Shown in pieces: positions 29,614 to 39,434 of a stretch of 64,000 nt of DNA. Positions within the stretch are counted from its first letter, which is position 1, and every line of letters begins with the position of its first letter. Below the pieces are notes generated by a model. The model worked only from the letters and a program-made list of their open reading frames with translations, was not told the DNA's origin and did no database searches. This DNA is from Verrucomicrobiota bacterium (lineage in GTDB: Bacteria; Verrucomicrobiota; Verrucomicrobiia; Limisphaerales; CANJSG01), in the NCBI GenBank assembly GCA_038209745.1, contig JBBQXJ010000002.1, forward strand, positions 73,644 to 137,643, in the 5' to 3' direction. A program made the position numbers and the translations under genes.

Positions 29614-31905
29614 TCATTTTTCTGCCTGCAACGGCTGGGCGCGATTCCGGCTGAGCGCGGCCAGATCGGCTAGAATATTGCGGGCTTCCAAGAGGTGCGC
29701 ATCGGGAGGGGGATGGCCGATGGATTCTTCGAGATCTTCCTCGTTCTTCGCTTCGTTGGGATCCTCGATCTTGATGATGCCGTCGTTTTTCGGCGCCCAG
29801 AGGGAAAGCGAGGGTTTGCCAATGTTCTGCAGGGTGATTTCGAAGACGGTGGCTGGGTCCGGTTTGTGGGCCTTGTGTTCGGCCTTTCGGGCCTCGTCAC
29901 GGCGCTTGATTTCGTCCTTCTCTTTCCGGCGTTCCTTTTCGTTCAGGGAGACTGTCTTGTCGGCCAACATCTTCTTGAACCGGGTGATGTCTTCCTCGAT
30001 GAAGACGAAGTCGCGGCTCTTGGCGACCCGGTCTTCGGATTTGGCGTGCAGGCGGGCGACCACGGGGGCGATGCGGTTTTCGGAATCGTATTTGGCCGAA
30101 GGAATCGAGTCGGCCTGGAGGGCGTCGTCGAGTTCGGACTCGCCGACCTCGGCGTAGTTGTTGACGGAGGGAAGGACGATGTCGGGAGTCACGCCCTTCA
30201 GTTGGGTGGTGTCTCCGTTGACGCGGTAGAATTTGCGGATGGTCAGCTTCAGAGCGCCCGGATTGGTGTCGAATTCGAAGCCGCGCTGGCGGCTCATGAG
30301 TCGGTCCAGCGCGATCAACTGCTGCACGGTTCCCTTGCCGTGGGTGGTCGAGTCGCCGACCACGATCGCGCGGCCGTAGTCCTGGAGCGCTGCGGCCACG
30401 ATCTCCGAGGCGGACGCGCTGAACCGGCTGGTCAACACCATCAAAGGTCCGTCCCACAGCACGGAATCGTCCGTGTCCTCGTCCACGAAGATGGCTCCAT
30501 TGGCGTCCTTGATCTGAACCACGGGGCCTTTCTTGATGAAGAGGCCGGTCAGGTTGATGGCTTCCTCAAGGGAACCGCCGCCGTTGTTGCGCAGGTCGAG
30601 GACGATGCCCTCGACGCCTTCCAGCTTCAGACGGGTGATGAGCTTGGAACAGTCGGTCGTGGTGCTCTTGTGCTCACCCTTGGAAGGCCCGGAGAGTTCG
30701 AAGTCGGCGTAGAACGAGGGGAGATCGATAAGGCCGATCCGGTTGGTGTGGCCGCTGGAATCGGTCTGCTCATAGATGCGGGCCTTGGCTTCGGCGCCCT
30801 CCAGTTTGATTTCGTCGCGGATCAGGCTGACGACCCTTCGCTCGGTGGAATCGGTGGCGTCCACCGGGATCAAGGTGAGGCGGACTTCGGTGCCTTTGTC
30901 GCCCCGGATCTTTTCGACGACGGTCTGGAGTTTTTCCCCGACCACGTCCATTGGTTCGCCGTTGCCCTGGGCGACGGCCACGATCTTGTCGCCGGGCTTG
31001 ATCTTCTGGCTCTTCTTGGCGGGACCGTTGTGGAGTTCGACGATCTTCACGAAGTCGTCGTCCAGCTGGAGGAGCGCACCGATGCCGAAGAGCGAGAGCT
31101 TCATGTTGATCTCGAAGTTCTTCAACTGGGAGCGGGTCATGTAGTCCGAATGCGGATCCATGACGTGGGTCATGGAGGAGAGATAGATGCCGAAGACCTC
31201 GTCGTCGCTCAGTTCGTGGATCATCCGGCTGTAGCGCTTGTAGCGGCTCATCAGGGTTTTCACCACTTCCTGATCGGGAGTGAGATTTTCCTTGGGCGGT
31301 GAATTTGTGGTCGAAGCGGCTGTCGCCGAATCCTTCTGGTTCAGCTTTTCCTGGAGGTATTCGAAGCGGAGATGCTGGTGCCAGAGCTTGCGGGCGGCCT
31401 CGATGTCCTTGGGCCGGTCGGCGCCCTTGCGGTTGGCAAGATACCGGTCGTTGTCGTCGAAGGTGAAGGTTTCCGTCTGGAGCTGGTTGGTGGCCAGCCG
31501 GACCCGCTCGTCAACCCGTGCGAGAAAGCGGTTGAAGATCTCCTTGCACGGAGTCAGGTCGCCGTTGCGGGTCAGGTCGTCGAGGCGGGTGCGGTATTTT
31601 TCGAAGTCCGAGATGTCGCTCTCCAGGAAGTGGATGTTGGCCGCGTCGAGGGCCTTGAGATAGAGCGTGAGGAACTTGGCCGAAGCCTCGTCATCCAGTT
31701 TTCTCCGGGCGAAGTGCGACTGCTCAAGGAAGATCGAGACGAACCGCGCGACGTTGGTTTCGGTGATGCCGAAACCTTCGCGCTCCGCCGCTGCGGCCTT
31801 GGCGGGCTCGGCGGCGTGTGGCTGCACCACGATCCACAGGACGGACGACAGGGTCGCCACCGAGAGCAGGGCGGCGATCGCCCGGGAAAACGGATTGAAT
31901 TTCAT
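29614..31905 (-). CDS. prc: Carboxy-terminal processing protease (S41A, Prc/Tsp-like)
   Basis: DPHSDY, PDZ GIGA, DLRNNGGG, SASASEI, GKGTVQ. Confidence 0.93.
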   Translation of the reverse strand: MKFNPFSRAIAALLSVATLSSVLWIVVQPHAAEPAKAAAAEREGFGITETNVARFVSIFLEQSHFARRKLDDEASAKFLTLYLKALDAANIHFLESDISDFEKYRTRLDDLTRNGDLTPCKEIFNRFLARVDERVRLATNQLQTETFTFDDNDRYLANRKGADRPKDIEAARKLWHQHLRFEYLQEKLNQKDSATAASTTNSPPKENLTPDQEVVKTLMSRYKRYSRMIHELSDDEVFGIYLSSMTHVMDPHSDYMTRSQLKNFEINMKLSLFGIGALLQLDDDFVKIVELHNGPAKKSQKIKPGDKIVAVAQGNGEPMDVVGEKLQTVVEKIRGDKGTEVRLTLIPVDATDSTERRVVSLIRDEIKLEGAEAKARIYEQTDSSGHTNRIGLIDLPSFYADFELSGPSKGEHKSTTTDCSKLITRLKLEGVEGIVLDLRNNGGGSLEEAINLTGLFIKKGPVVQIKDANGAIFVDEDTDDSVLWDGPLMVLTSRFSASASEIVAAALQDYGRAIVVGDSTTHGKGTVQQLIALDRLMSRQRGFEFDTNPGALKLTIRKFYRVNGDTTQLKGVTPDIVLPSVNNYAEVGESELDDALQADSIPSAKYDSENRIAPVVARLHAKSEDRVAKSRDFVFIEEDITRFKKMLADKTVSLNEKERRKEKDEIKRRDEARKAEHKAHKPDPATVFEITLQNIGKPSLSLWAPKNDGIIKIEDPNEAKNEEDLEESIGHPPPDAHLLEARNILADLAALSRNRAQPLQAEK

Positions 31906-32609
31906 TACTTGGCCGCTTTGGCTACTTCGAGCAGTTCGATTTCAAACACGAGCACCGCGTTGGGCGGAATGTCCGCTCCGGCGCCTTGAGGACCGTAGGC
32001 GAGGTCCGACGGGATGACCAACTGCCACTTCGATCCGACCGGCATCAACTGCAACGCCTCGGTCCAGCCCTTGATCACGCCGTTGACCGGGAAGGTGGCC
32101 GGCTCGTTGCGCTTGTAGGAGCTGTCGAACTCGGTGCCATCGACCAACGTGCCACGGTAATGGGTCTTAACGGTGTCCGAGGCCGTGGGCTTAACCCCGT
32201 CGCCCTGTTTGATGATCTTGTATTGGAGTCCGCTGGGGAGGACGACGACGCCGTCCTTCTTCTTGTTGGCCTCCAGGAAGTCCGCGCCTTCCTTGACGGC
32301 CTTGTCACCGGCATCCTTGTGCTGGGCCATCATCTTTTCCCGGGCCTTGGTCTGGAAGGTCTGCATGGTCGTGGCGATCTCTTCCGGAGTGAGCTGGAGC
32401 TTGGATCCGGCGAGCGCGTCGCGCAGGCCGGCCGCCAGCTTGTCGACGTCGATCTCGGCGCCCATTTTCTTCAGGCTTGTTCCGATGTCGGTGCCGATCG
32501 AGTAGCTGACCCGGTCGGTATCAGATTGGAGGGAGACTGCGGGCTCGGCGGCAAACGCGGAGGTGGTGGCGACGAGCATAACGGAGGCGAGAGAGGCTTT
32601 GAATGTCAT
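31905..32609 (-). CDS. FKBP-type peptidyl-prolyl isomerase (FkpA/Mip-like)
   Basis: SYSIG, SGLQY, HYRGTL, FDSSY, VIKGWTEAL. Confidence 0.95.
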   Translation of the reverse strand: MTFKASLASVMLVATTSAFAAEPAVSLQSDTDRVSYSIGTDIGTSLKKMGAEIDVDKLAAGLRDALAGSKLQLTPEEIATTMQTFQTKAREKMMAQHKDAGDKAVKEGADFLEANKKKDGVVVLPSGLQYKIIKQGDGVKPTASDTVKTHYRGTLVDGTEFDSSYKRNEPATFPVNGVIKGWTEALQLMPVGSKWQLVIPSDLAYGPQGAGADIPPNAVLVFEIELLEVAKAAK

Positions 32610-32884
32610 GTAGATGGTTCCACCGGCCGTCCGGTCCCTCAGCGGGCACACAGCTCCGGCCGGGTGGCTCGCGGAAGCTACCAGTCCCGACTTCGCCGTC
32701 AAGGAACGGGCCGGACCAAGTGCCGTTGAGGTGAAAGTTCCGCGGGACGGTTCGCCGCCGGGTCGGTCTGTAGAATCGTGACGGCCCTCATTTCTTCGTG
32801 CCACTTGCCCTGCCGATCCTTCCCGGCGGAGAGTCCGGACTGCCGGCATGGGCAGACGGGCCCAACCTCCGGACGCCCACTCCC

Positions 32885-33907
32885 GTGAACCAAGACGAAA
32901 TCGCCTTCTTCAACCAGCAGCTCTCCGGAATGCTCACGGCGGGCATTCCCCTGGAAGGCGCGCTTTCCCGGCTCTGTGGCGAGATGAAACGCGGCCTCTG
33001 GCGGCGTGAAATCGAATCCCTGAACGCCAAGGTCCAGGCCGGCATGTCGCTGACCGCGGCGGCGGCGGAATCGCAGCTTCCGCCGCTCTACCGTCGTATG
33101 CTGGAGGCCGGTGTCCGCTCGGGAGACCTGCCGCATGTGCTGAACGAATTGGCCGACCACTACCGCGATTCCGGCCTCCTCTGGGGCCGGGTCCGTGGGG
33201 CGGCTTCATACCCCTTGATCACGCTGTTCGGCGCGGCGGGCCTCTCTCTCGTCCTCTGCGGGTTGACCTGGAAGCTGCTCGCGGTCGTCGGCGCGCCGTG
33301 GGCCGGCGGCGGCTGGAGTGTTCCGAACTTCAACCAGCTCTTCACGGCGCTCTCCAAAAGTGGCTTCTTCGCCGTCCTGCTGCTCGCGCCGGTGCTTCTG
33401 CTGGTGGTCCTGGCCTTGATGGCGCTCCTTTTCTTGACGGTGCCAAGCCTGCGGACGAAAGCGGCGTGGCGGATGCCGGTCTTCCGGGAAGCCAGTCTCG
33501 CCCGGGCCTCGTCGGCCGTCGCCATCGCCCTGCGCCGGAACCTGCCGCTGACCGAGGCGCTGGCTTTGGCCGAAGCGATGGAACCCATGTCGCCGGCCAC
33601 CCGGGAATGGAGCCGTTGGCGGCGTGCCATCGAAGCGGGGCAGGGAAAGACCGAAGACTTCGCAGCCAAGCAGACGACGTTTCCCAAGGTCTTCGGTTGG
33701 CTGCTCGTCAGCAGCGGTGAAGACCTCGCCGCCGGTTTCCATCAGGCGAAGACCGTCTTCGCCGACCGCGCCCGGGGCCAAGCGGATCGGCTTTTGATCG
33801 CGTTGACGCCGGCGCTCCTGCTCTTTGTCGGTGCCCTGCTGGCGATCGAGCTGGTCGGCGCGATGCGCGTGCTGTCCGACGTGCTGCCTTCGATGCTGTT
33901 CAACTGA
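32885..33907 (+). CDS. GspF/PilC-family platform protein
   Basis: FFNQQLSGMLTAGIPLEGAL, MLEAGVRSGDL, SYP; GTG start. Confidence 0.85.
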   Translation: MNQDEIAFFNQQLSGMLTAGIPLEGALSRLCGEMKRGLWRREIESLNAKVQAGMSLTAAAAESQLPPLYRRMLEAGVRSGDLPHVLNELADHYRDSGLLWGRVRGAASYPLITLFGAAGLSLVLCGLTWKLLAVVGAPWAGGGWSVPNFNQLFTALSKSGFFAVLLLAPVLLLVVLALMALLFLTVPSLRTKAAWRMPVFREASLARASSAVAIALRRNLPLTEALALAEAMEPMSPATREWSRWRRAIEAGQGKTEDFAAKQTTFPKVFGWLLVSSGEDLAAGFHQAKTVFADRARGQADRLLIALTPALLLFVGALLAIELVGAMRVLSDVLPSMLFN

Positions 33908-33929
33908 CGCGGACCGACCCACTTTCCCT

Positions 33930-35111
33930 ATGACTTCCTCCGAACCAATCCGCTTACCGGCCCTTTTGGCCGAGTGGTCGGCCAGTTCGCTCTGGGCGAT
34001 TCCGCTGTTTCTGATCGTGGTCGTCGTTCTTCTGTTCGCGGCCTTCGTGCTCCATCTCCTGCTGGGCGCGCCGGCCGCGAGACGGGAACGGGCGCGCTTC
34101 TTCCTCCATCTTCTCGCCTGCGGCATGGACCAGGGAAAGTCGCCGGAACGCACCGCCAGCGAGATCGCCCGGACCCGCACGCTCGATTTGGGCGCACGCT
34201 TCCATCTCGTTGCCTCCTACCTGGCGTCGGGGCTGAAGCTCTCGGAGGCGCTGGCCAAGGTTCCCCGGTTCCTGCCGCCGACGATCCGCGCCATGTTGCA
34301 AATCGGCGAAGAGCTGGGGGATGTCCGCAAAGTGATTCCGGGCTGCCGGCTGATCCTGCAACGGGAAGTGCTCGGACAAGAGGCGGTGTTCTTCATGCCG
34401 CTGGTGATGATGTCCGTCGTGCTGCCGGTGGCGGTGGCATGGCTGATCCTGTTCCAAGGGGTCATCCGGCCCAAGTTCACCGAAATGTTCGGCGGGCTCT
34501 CGGACGCAGGCGGTAGCACCGGCCAAGCGTGGGCCGCGTGGCAAGGTCTGCATTACTGGGGGCCCGTCGCCGTGGCGGGCCTGTTCGTCGTCTGGCTCTT
34601 CGTCTGCGGAACGGGCCTCGCGATCGTGGCCGGTCCTCGGATCAATGAACGGTTCGGGCTCGACCGGTTTACGTGGCTGTTTCCCTGGGTCCGGCACCGG
34701 TGCCGTCGGGATTTCGCGGCCATGCTGTCGGTCTTGCTGGATGCCGGTGTTGACGAACGGCGGGCGCTGGAGCTCGCCGCCGGCGCGACCGGGCATTCCA
34801 TCTTTATCCGTCGCGCCGTGCGGGCAGAAGCCACGCTCGTCGGCGGTGCCGGTCTGCCGCAGGCGATCGAACAGCTGGAAGGGCGGGGCGAATTCTCCTG
34901 GCGGATGAACAACGCGCTCCGCTCCGGCGGCGGATTCTTGGAGGCGGTCGCCGGCTGGGTCACAGCGTTGGAAATGCGGGCCGAACGGGCCGAACGCGCC
35001 GCAGCGACGGCGATCGGTGTCGGCGCCGTGCTGTTTCAGGGCCTGGTCGTGGGAGTGATGGTCGTCTCCGTCTTCGGCCTGCTCATCGGTCTGGTCGAAA
35101 CCTACCTATGA
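33930..35111 (+). CDS. GspF/PilC-family platform protein (divergent)
   Basis: SGLKLSEAL, MLQIGEELGD, LSVLLDAGV..ALELA. Confidence 0.8.
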   Translation: MTSSEPIRLPALLAEWSASSLWAIPLFLIVVVVLLFAAFVLHLLLGAPAARRERARFFLHLLACGMDQGKSPERTASEIARTRTLDLGARFHLVASYLASGLKLSEALAKVPRFLPPTIRAMLQIGEELGDVRKVIPGCRLILQREVLGQEAVFFMPLVMMSVVLPVAVAWLILFQGVIRPKFTEMFGGLSDAGGSTGQAWAAWQGLHYWGPVAVAGLFVVWLFVCGTGLAIVAGPRINERFGLDRFTWLFPWVRHRCRRDFAAMLSVLLDAGVDERRALELAAGATGHSIFIRRAVRAEATLVGGAGLPQAIEQLEGRGEFSWRMNNALRSGGGFLEAVAGWVTALEMRAERAERAAATAIGVGAVLFQGLVVGVMVVSVFGLLIGLVETYL

Positions 35112-35488
35112 AACCGACCCGAATCTCGAATCACGGTCGGCGCGGCGGATGGATGAACGTCGATCTGCTCGTCGCCATCGCGCTGGTGATGCTGGCGGTG
35201 CTGCCGCTGGCCTACGGTCTCGTCGGCGAAAGACGCCTGCTCGACGCCGAACTCCGGCACGCGGCTCTGGTCGAGTTGCTCGACGGCGAACTGGAGGTGC
35301 TGATCGCGGGCGATTGGAGCACCCGGCCCGAGGGTGAATCGGACATCCCGCTGACTGGCGCCGGCGCGGCGAACTTGGCGGCCGGCCGCTGTGTGCTGGT
35401 CAAGGCCGACCACCACCTTCGTCTGGAATGGCGTTCGGCGAAACGCGGCGGCGCGGTCTCCGTCAGCAAGGAGGCGATCGCACGATGA
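35108..35488 (+). CDS. Pilin-like protein, non-canonical
   Basis: Basic leader RRGG|WMNVDLLVAIALV hydrophobic helix; Asp at +5. Confidence 0.65.
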   Translation: MKPTRISNHGRRGGWMNVDLLVAIALVMLAVLPLAYGLVGERRLLDAELRHAALVELLDGELEVLIAGDWSTRPEGESDIPLTGAGAANLAAGRCVLVKADHHLRLEWRSAKRGGAVSVSKEAIAR

Positions 35489-35994
35489 AGACGCAGCGGA
35501 CAAATCGGAGACGGCGGAAGCAGGGCATTTTGATCATCCAGATGATCGTCTACATGGCGGCCGCGTCGTTGATCGTGACTCTGTCCGTCGTGGCGTTCTG
35601 GAACGCGTTCACCGCGGTGCGGAACAACATCGAGACCGGCGAACGCGCCTCGCTGCTGCTCCGGGCCGGTGAACTTTGGCGCGACGATGTCCGGGCCTCC
35701 GCCGGCCGGATCCAGGTCGAATCGACGGAGCAGGGGACCCGCTGCCGAATCGCCGATGAAAAGCAGGCGATCGTCTGGACCTGGAACGGCGACCACTTCT
35801 CCCGCTCCGTCGAAGGCGCCTCGAAGACCAACATCTGGGCCCACGGATTGGCCGACGCCCGGTTCATCCGCGAGGAACGGGGCGCGGTCGTGGTCTGGCG
35901 ACTGGACGCCGCTCTGAAGAAGGTTCGCAAATCGGAACACCATGCCGTCGCGTTCACCTTCCGGAGCGTGCCCGCGAGGAAGGAGGCGCCATGA
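35485..35994 (+). CDS. Pilin-like protein (PilW/GspJ-like), non-canonical
   Basis: RRRRKQG|ILIIQMIVYM; later WRDDVRAS motif; Gln at +5. Confidence 0.7.
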   Translation: MKTQRTNRRRRKQGILIIQMIVYMAAASLIVTLSVVAFWNAFTAVRNNIETGERASLLLRAGELWRDDVRASAGRIQVESTEQGTRCRIADEKQAIVWTWNGDHFSRSVEGASKTNIWAHGLADARFIREERGAVVVWRLDAALKKVRKSEHHAVAFTFRSVPARKEAP

Positions 35995-36194
35995 ACGCCG
36001 CTCGCCGCCGCCAAGGCTTCGCCACGCTGTCGGTCCTGCTCCTCGCCTTCGCGCTGGTCGTTCTCGTCATCGGCCTGAGCCGGTATCTGTCGGGCTTCCG
36101 CTCGGAAGTCCGGCTGATCGAAACCAAGCAGCGTTCCCGAGTCGCCGTCACGGAGACGAACCGTCCGCCGATCTTGCGGCCGGCCGGCGAATGA
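35991..36194 (+). CDS. Very short pilin-like protein (PilX-like N-terminus)
   Basis: RRRQG|FATLSVLLLAFALVV; GGAGG RBS; ATGA overlap. Confidence 0.6.
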   Translation: MNAARRRQGFATLSVLLLAFALVVLVIGLSRYLSGFRSEVRLIETKQRSRVAVTETNRPPILRPAGE

Positions 36195-36230
36195 GGCAGA
36201 CCGATAGAACGACAACGGAGCGCCAGCCCG

Positions 36231-36503
36231 ATGAATTCCACTGAAGCCCGCCAGATCCGGATGTTGGAACAGTCCCTCGACTGTTTCCGATATGGTTTCG
36301 TCGGCCTGGTGCCGATCATCGGCGTTCCCTGGGCCGTTGCCGCTGTGCGCGGCTACGTCCATGCCCGGGCGGCCGGGCGCGACCTGTGGAATCCGGCCGC
36401 GCACTTGGCCATGTCCGGATTCGTTCTCGGCCTTTGCGGGATGCTCTGGTTCGCGCTGCAGTTGCTCGCCCTTGCCGGACTCGTCCTCGCCGGAGCCTCA
36501 TGA
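36231..36503 (+). CDS. Small two-TM membrane protein (DUF4190-like)
   Basis: CFRYGFVGLVPIIGVPWAVAA ... WNPA..LAMSGFVLG. Confidence 0.65.
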   Translation: MNSTEARQIRMLEQSLDCFRYGFVGLVPIIGVPWAVAAVRGYVHARAAGRDLWNPAAHLAMSGFVLGLCGMLWFALQLLALAGLVLAGAS

Positions 36504-38167
36504 CCGTTCCACGCCCATGGCTGATCGGCATCCGGGAACTGCGCCGCGCCTCCAAGTCCCGGGGGCTGTGGATTCGGCGAACCGCTTTCGTCCTGGTCGC
36601 GCTTCTCTTGCTCGCCGGCATGGTCCTGCTCCAGGACACGCGAAGCGGCCGGGCCGGCGTCGGCGGTGGTGTCGTTTTCAACATCGCGGTGGGGTGGGCC
36701 TTTCTGGCCGCGCTGGTGAGCGGCCCGGCCTTGGCGGCGGATCTGATCAGCTCCGAACGTCGCGACGGCACCCTCGATCTTCTGTTCCTGGCCGGCATCC
36801 GTCCCTCGGGCGTCGTGCTGGGCAAGTTGGGCTACGCGGCGACCGAGGTCGTTCCGGCGTTGATGGCAATGGCGCCGCTGCTGGTCCTGCCGGTGCTGGT
36901 GGGCGGAGTGCTCGGAGGCCAGGTCGTCTTCGCCATGGTTGTCCTCTTCCTCACGGCGGTCTGGTCGTTGACGGTTGCGCTCTTCTTTTCCGCGCTGTTC
37001 CGCAACGGCCGTGTGGCGACGGGCTTCTCTCTCGTAACACTTGTCGCGGTGGTTGCGGTCTGCCGCTGGAAAGTGGCAGGAGCGCCCTTGGCGGAACGGC
37101 TGGCTCCATGTCTCTCGCCGGGAGAAGCGATGGCCCTCGTCACCGGACTTCCAGGAAGCACGCTGGTGCATGAAGCGGCTGGATTGGCCGGGTGGCACGC
37201 CCTCGGGATCGTTGTCTGGCTGGCCCTGGCTTGTGCCGCCGCCGAGTTGATCCGGCTTCCTTGGACCGTCGGCCTCGGCGAACGCCTGACCCGTTGGGCG
37301 TCCAAGGTGCGCAATCCCGATCGGAACCGTCGACCCACCGGCTGGAGACGCTCTTTGCTCGAACGCGAACCTCTTGCCTGGCTCATTCTCCGGGAACGTT
37401 TCTCGGGCCTGGCCCTCTTGGCCGTCGTCGGACTGATCACGATGATGTGGTCCGTGTCCCTCTGGTTTCAGACCAACTACTGGCTCGGTTCACCGGAGGT
37501 CACGCTGGGCGTGACCATCGCTCTGATGGGCATGGTGAAGCTCTGGCTGGCGCTCGACACCACCCGGCGCCTCGCCGAGGACCGTGGGAGCGGCGCGCTC
37601 CAGGTGATCCTGACCACGGGCATGGCGGCGGACGAAGTGATCCGCGGGCTCGAACGCGGGTTGTTCCGCCGCTACCTGTTGCCGGTGCTCACCGTGGTCG
37701 GTCTCGCCGCCGGCGGTGGTGCGCTGCTGCTGATCTCCGGGCGGAACGGCGGCATGGCCTTTCTGGTCCTCGTGCTGGCGGTGATCGTGTTCGGCTTCGA
37801 TGCGTTCGCGCTGACCTGGACCGGGCTCTACGACGGACTGACCCAGCGCAACGCCTCGCGCGCTCTCGTCGCCACCGTGCTGAAGACGCTCCTGATTCCC
37901 TGGCTGGTCCTCGGCCCCGTCGTCGCCGTCATCGCCACCGCCGTGGGTCCGTCCGTCGACATCGTCCTGCTTGCCGGCGCCTGTTGGTTCGCCGTCAGCT
38001 TCCTGACGGATGGAATCCTCGTCGCGACGTCCGGCCCGGGACTGGCGGACCGGTTGCATCACTGCGCCATCGGGCTCGACGAAACACCCCGATCGCTCTG
38101 GCGCCGTTTCTTCGGGTTCGGGGAGGTCGGATCCTTGTCCCCGCCCGTCGCCGATCTGCCTTCATGA
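36500..38167 (+). CDS. ABC-2-type permease-like polytopic membrane protein with two repeats
   Basis: RELRRAS, ISSERRDGTLDLL, second copy LAEDRGSGALQVIL. Confidence 0.8.
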   Translation: MTVPRPWLIGIRELRRASKSRGLWIRRTAFVLVALLLLAGMVLLQDTRSGRAGVGGGVVFNIAVGWAFLAALVSGPALAADLISSERRDGTLDLLFLAGIRPSGVVLGKLGYAATEVVPALMAMAPLLVLPVLVGGVLGGQVVFAMVVLFLTAVWSLTVALFFSALFRNGRVATGFSLVTLVAVVAVCRWKVAGAPLAERLAPCLSPGEAMALVTGLPGSTLVHEAAGLAGWHALGIVVWLALACAAAELIRLPWTVGLGERLTRWASKVRNPDRNRRPTGWRRSLLEREPLAWLILRERFSGLALLAVVGLITMMWSVSLWFQTNYWLGSPEVTLGVTIALMGMVKLWLALDTTRRLAEDRGSGALQVILTTGMAADEVIRGLERGLFRRYLLPVLTVVGLAAGGGALLLISGRNGGMAFLVLVLAVIVFGFDAFALTWTGLYDGLTQRNASRALVATVLKTLLIPWLVLGPVVAVIATAVGPSVDIVLLAGACWFAVSFLTDGILVATSGPGLADRLHHCAIGLDETPRSLWRRFFGFGEVGSLSPPVADLPS

Positions 38168-39249
38168 ACTCTGCCTCCGCCCAGTCCGAAGTGGACGACG
38201 CCGCGATTCGCCGGACCGTGGAACTGCTCCGCGAAGCCGAAGCCGCCCGGGCCAGCGACATCCATCTGCAACTCGACCGCGCCGGCGCCGCCAGCGTCGC
38301 GCTCCGCATCGACGGCCTCCTGGTCCAACGCGATTCGCTGCCGACGGGACTGGCCGAACGCGTCTTCGGTCGGATCAAGTTTCTGGCCCGGCTGAAGACC
38401 TATCAGGAATCGCTGCCGCAGGACGGGCGCATGGCGAAGGACGATCTCGGCATCGCCCACGATGTCCGCGTGGCCACCTACCCGACCGTCATCGGCGAAC
38501 GGATCGTGCTCCGGCTCTTCAGTCCTGGCGGCGCGCTGAAGCTGGAGGAACTGGGCCTGGAACCGGCGGCGGTCGAGTCGATCTCCGGCTTTCTCCGGCA
38601 ACCCGGCGGTCTCCTGCTCTTGACCGGCCCGGCCGGCAGCGGCAAGACCACGACCATCTACGCCTGCCTGCGTTACCTCGCGAAGCAGGGTGGCCGGCAC
38701 ATCGTCACCGTCGAGGATCCCGCGGAGCAGATCCTTCCCGGCATCACCCAGACCGAGGTGAACGAAGCGCGCGGGCTCAACTACGCCGCCGCCGCGCGGC
38801 ACCTGCTCCGCCAAGATCCGCAGGTGCTGGTCATCGGCGAAATCCGCGACGAAGACACCGCCCGCATCGCGGTGCGCGCCGGACTGACCGGCCATCTGGT
38901 GATCGCCACGCTCCATGCCGGCTCCTGTCGAGGGGTGGTGGATCGACTGCTGACGCTCTGTCCCGATCCATCGGCCGTGGCGGCGGCGGTGGGAATGATC
39001 TTCAACCAACGACTCCTGCGCCGCACCTGCGTCCACTGCGGCGGAAAGGGCTGCGCGGAGTGTTCCGACACAGGCTGCAAGGGCCGGGTGCCGATCGCGG
39101 AATGGTGGAAGGCCAACGCCACGCTGGAGCTGGCATCGCTTCAACCCGTCCGTCGTCTGCGCGAAGCCGCTCGTCAATTGGTGGGGGCCGGTATGGTCGC
39201 CGATTCGGAGTTGATCCGGGCGTTGGGTGCGGACACGGGGATGACTTGA
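38164..39249 (+). CDS. GspE/PulE-family ATPase lacking the N-terminal domain
   Basis: [39 protein letters not shown], two CxxC. Confidence 0.92.
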   Translation: MNSASAQSEVDDAAIRRTVELLREAEAARASDIHLQLDRAGAASVALRIDGLLVQRDSLPTGLAERVFGRIKFLARLKTYQESLPQDGRMAKDDLGIAHDVRVATYPTVIGERIVLRLFSPGGALKLEELGLEPAAVESISGFLRQPGGLLLLTGPAGSGKTTTIYACLRYLAKQGGRHIVTVEDPAEQILPGITQTEVNEARGLNYAAAARHLLRQDPQVLVIGEIRDEDTARIAVRAGLTGHLVIATLHAGSCRGVVDRLLTLCPDPSAVAAAVGMIFNQRLLRRTCVHCGGKGCAECSDTGCKGRVPIAEWWKANATLELASLQPVRRLREAARQLVGAGMVADSELIRALGADTGMT

Positions 39250-39434
39250 GCCGTGTCCTTCAAGCCAGCCGCAGAGCGGCGAAGAACCGTGGGTCTCAGC
39301 GCGAGCCGTCGATATTGACCAACCGACTGGCCTCGATCGGATATAGCGGCGGGCGTCCCGCCGCCACAATTGAAGAAGGGCGACAGCCATCTTCGCGATG
39401 GCGGGGCAGGGGGCTCTGTGCGAAGACTCCGACG

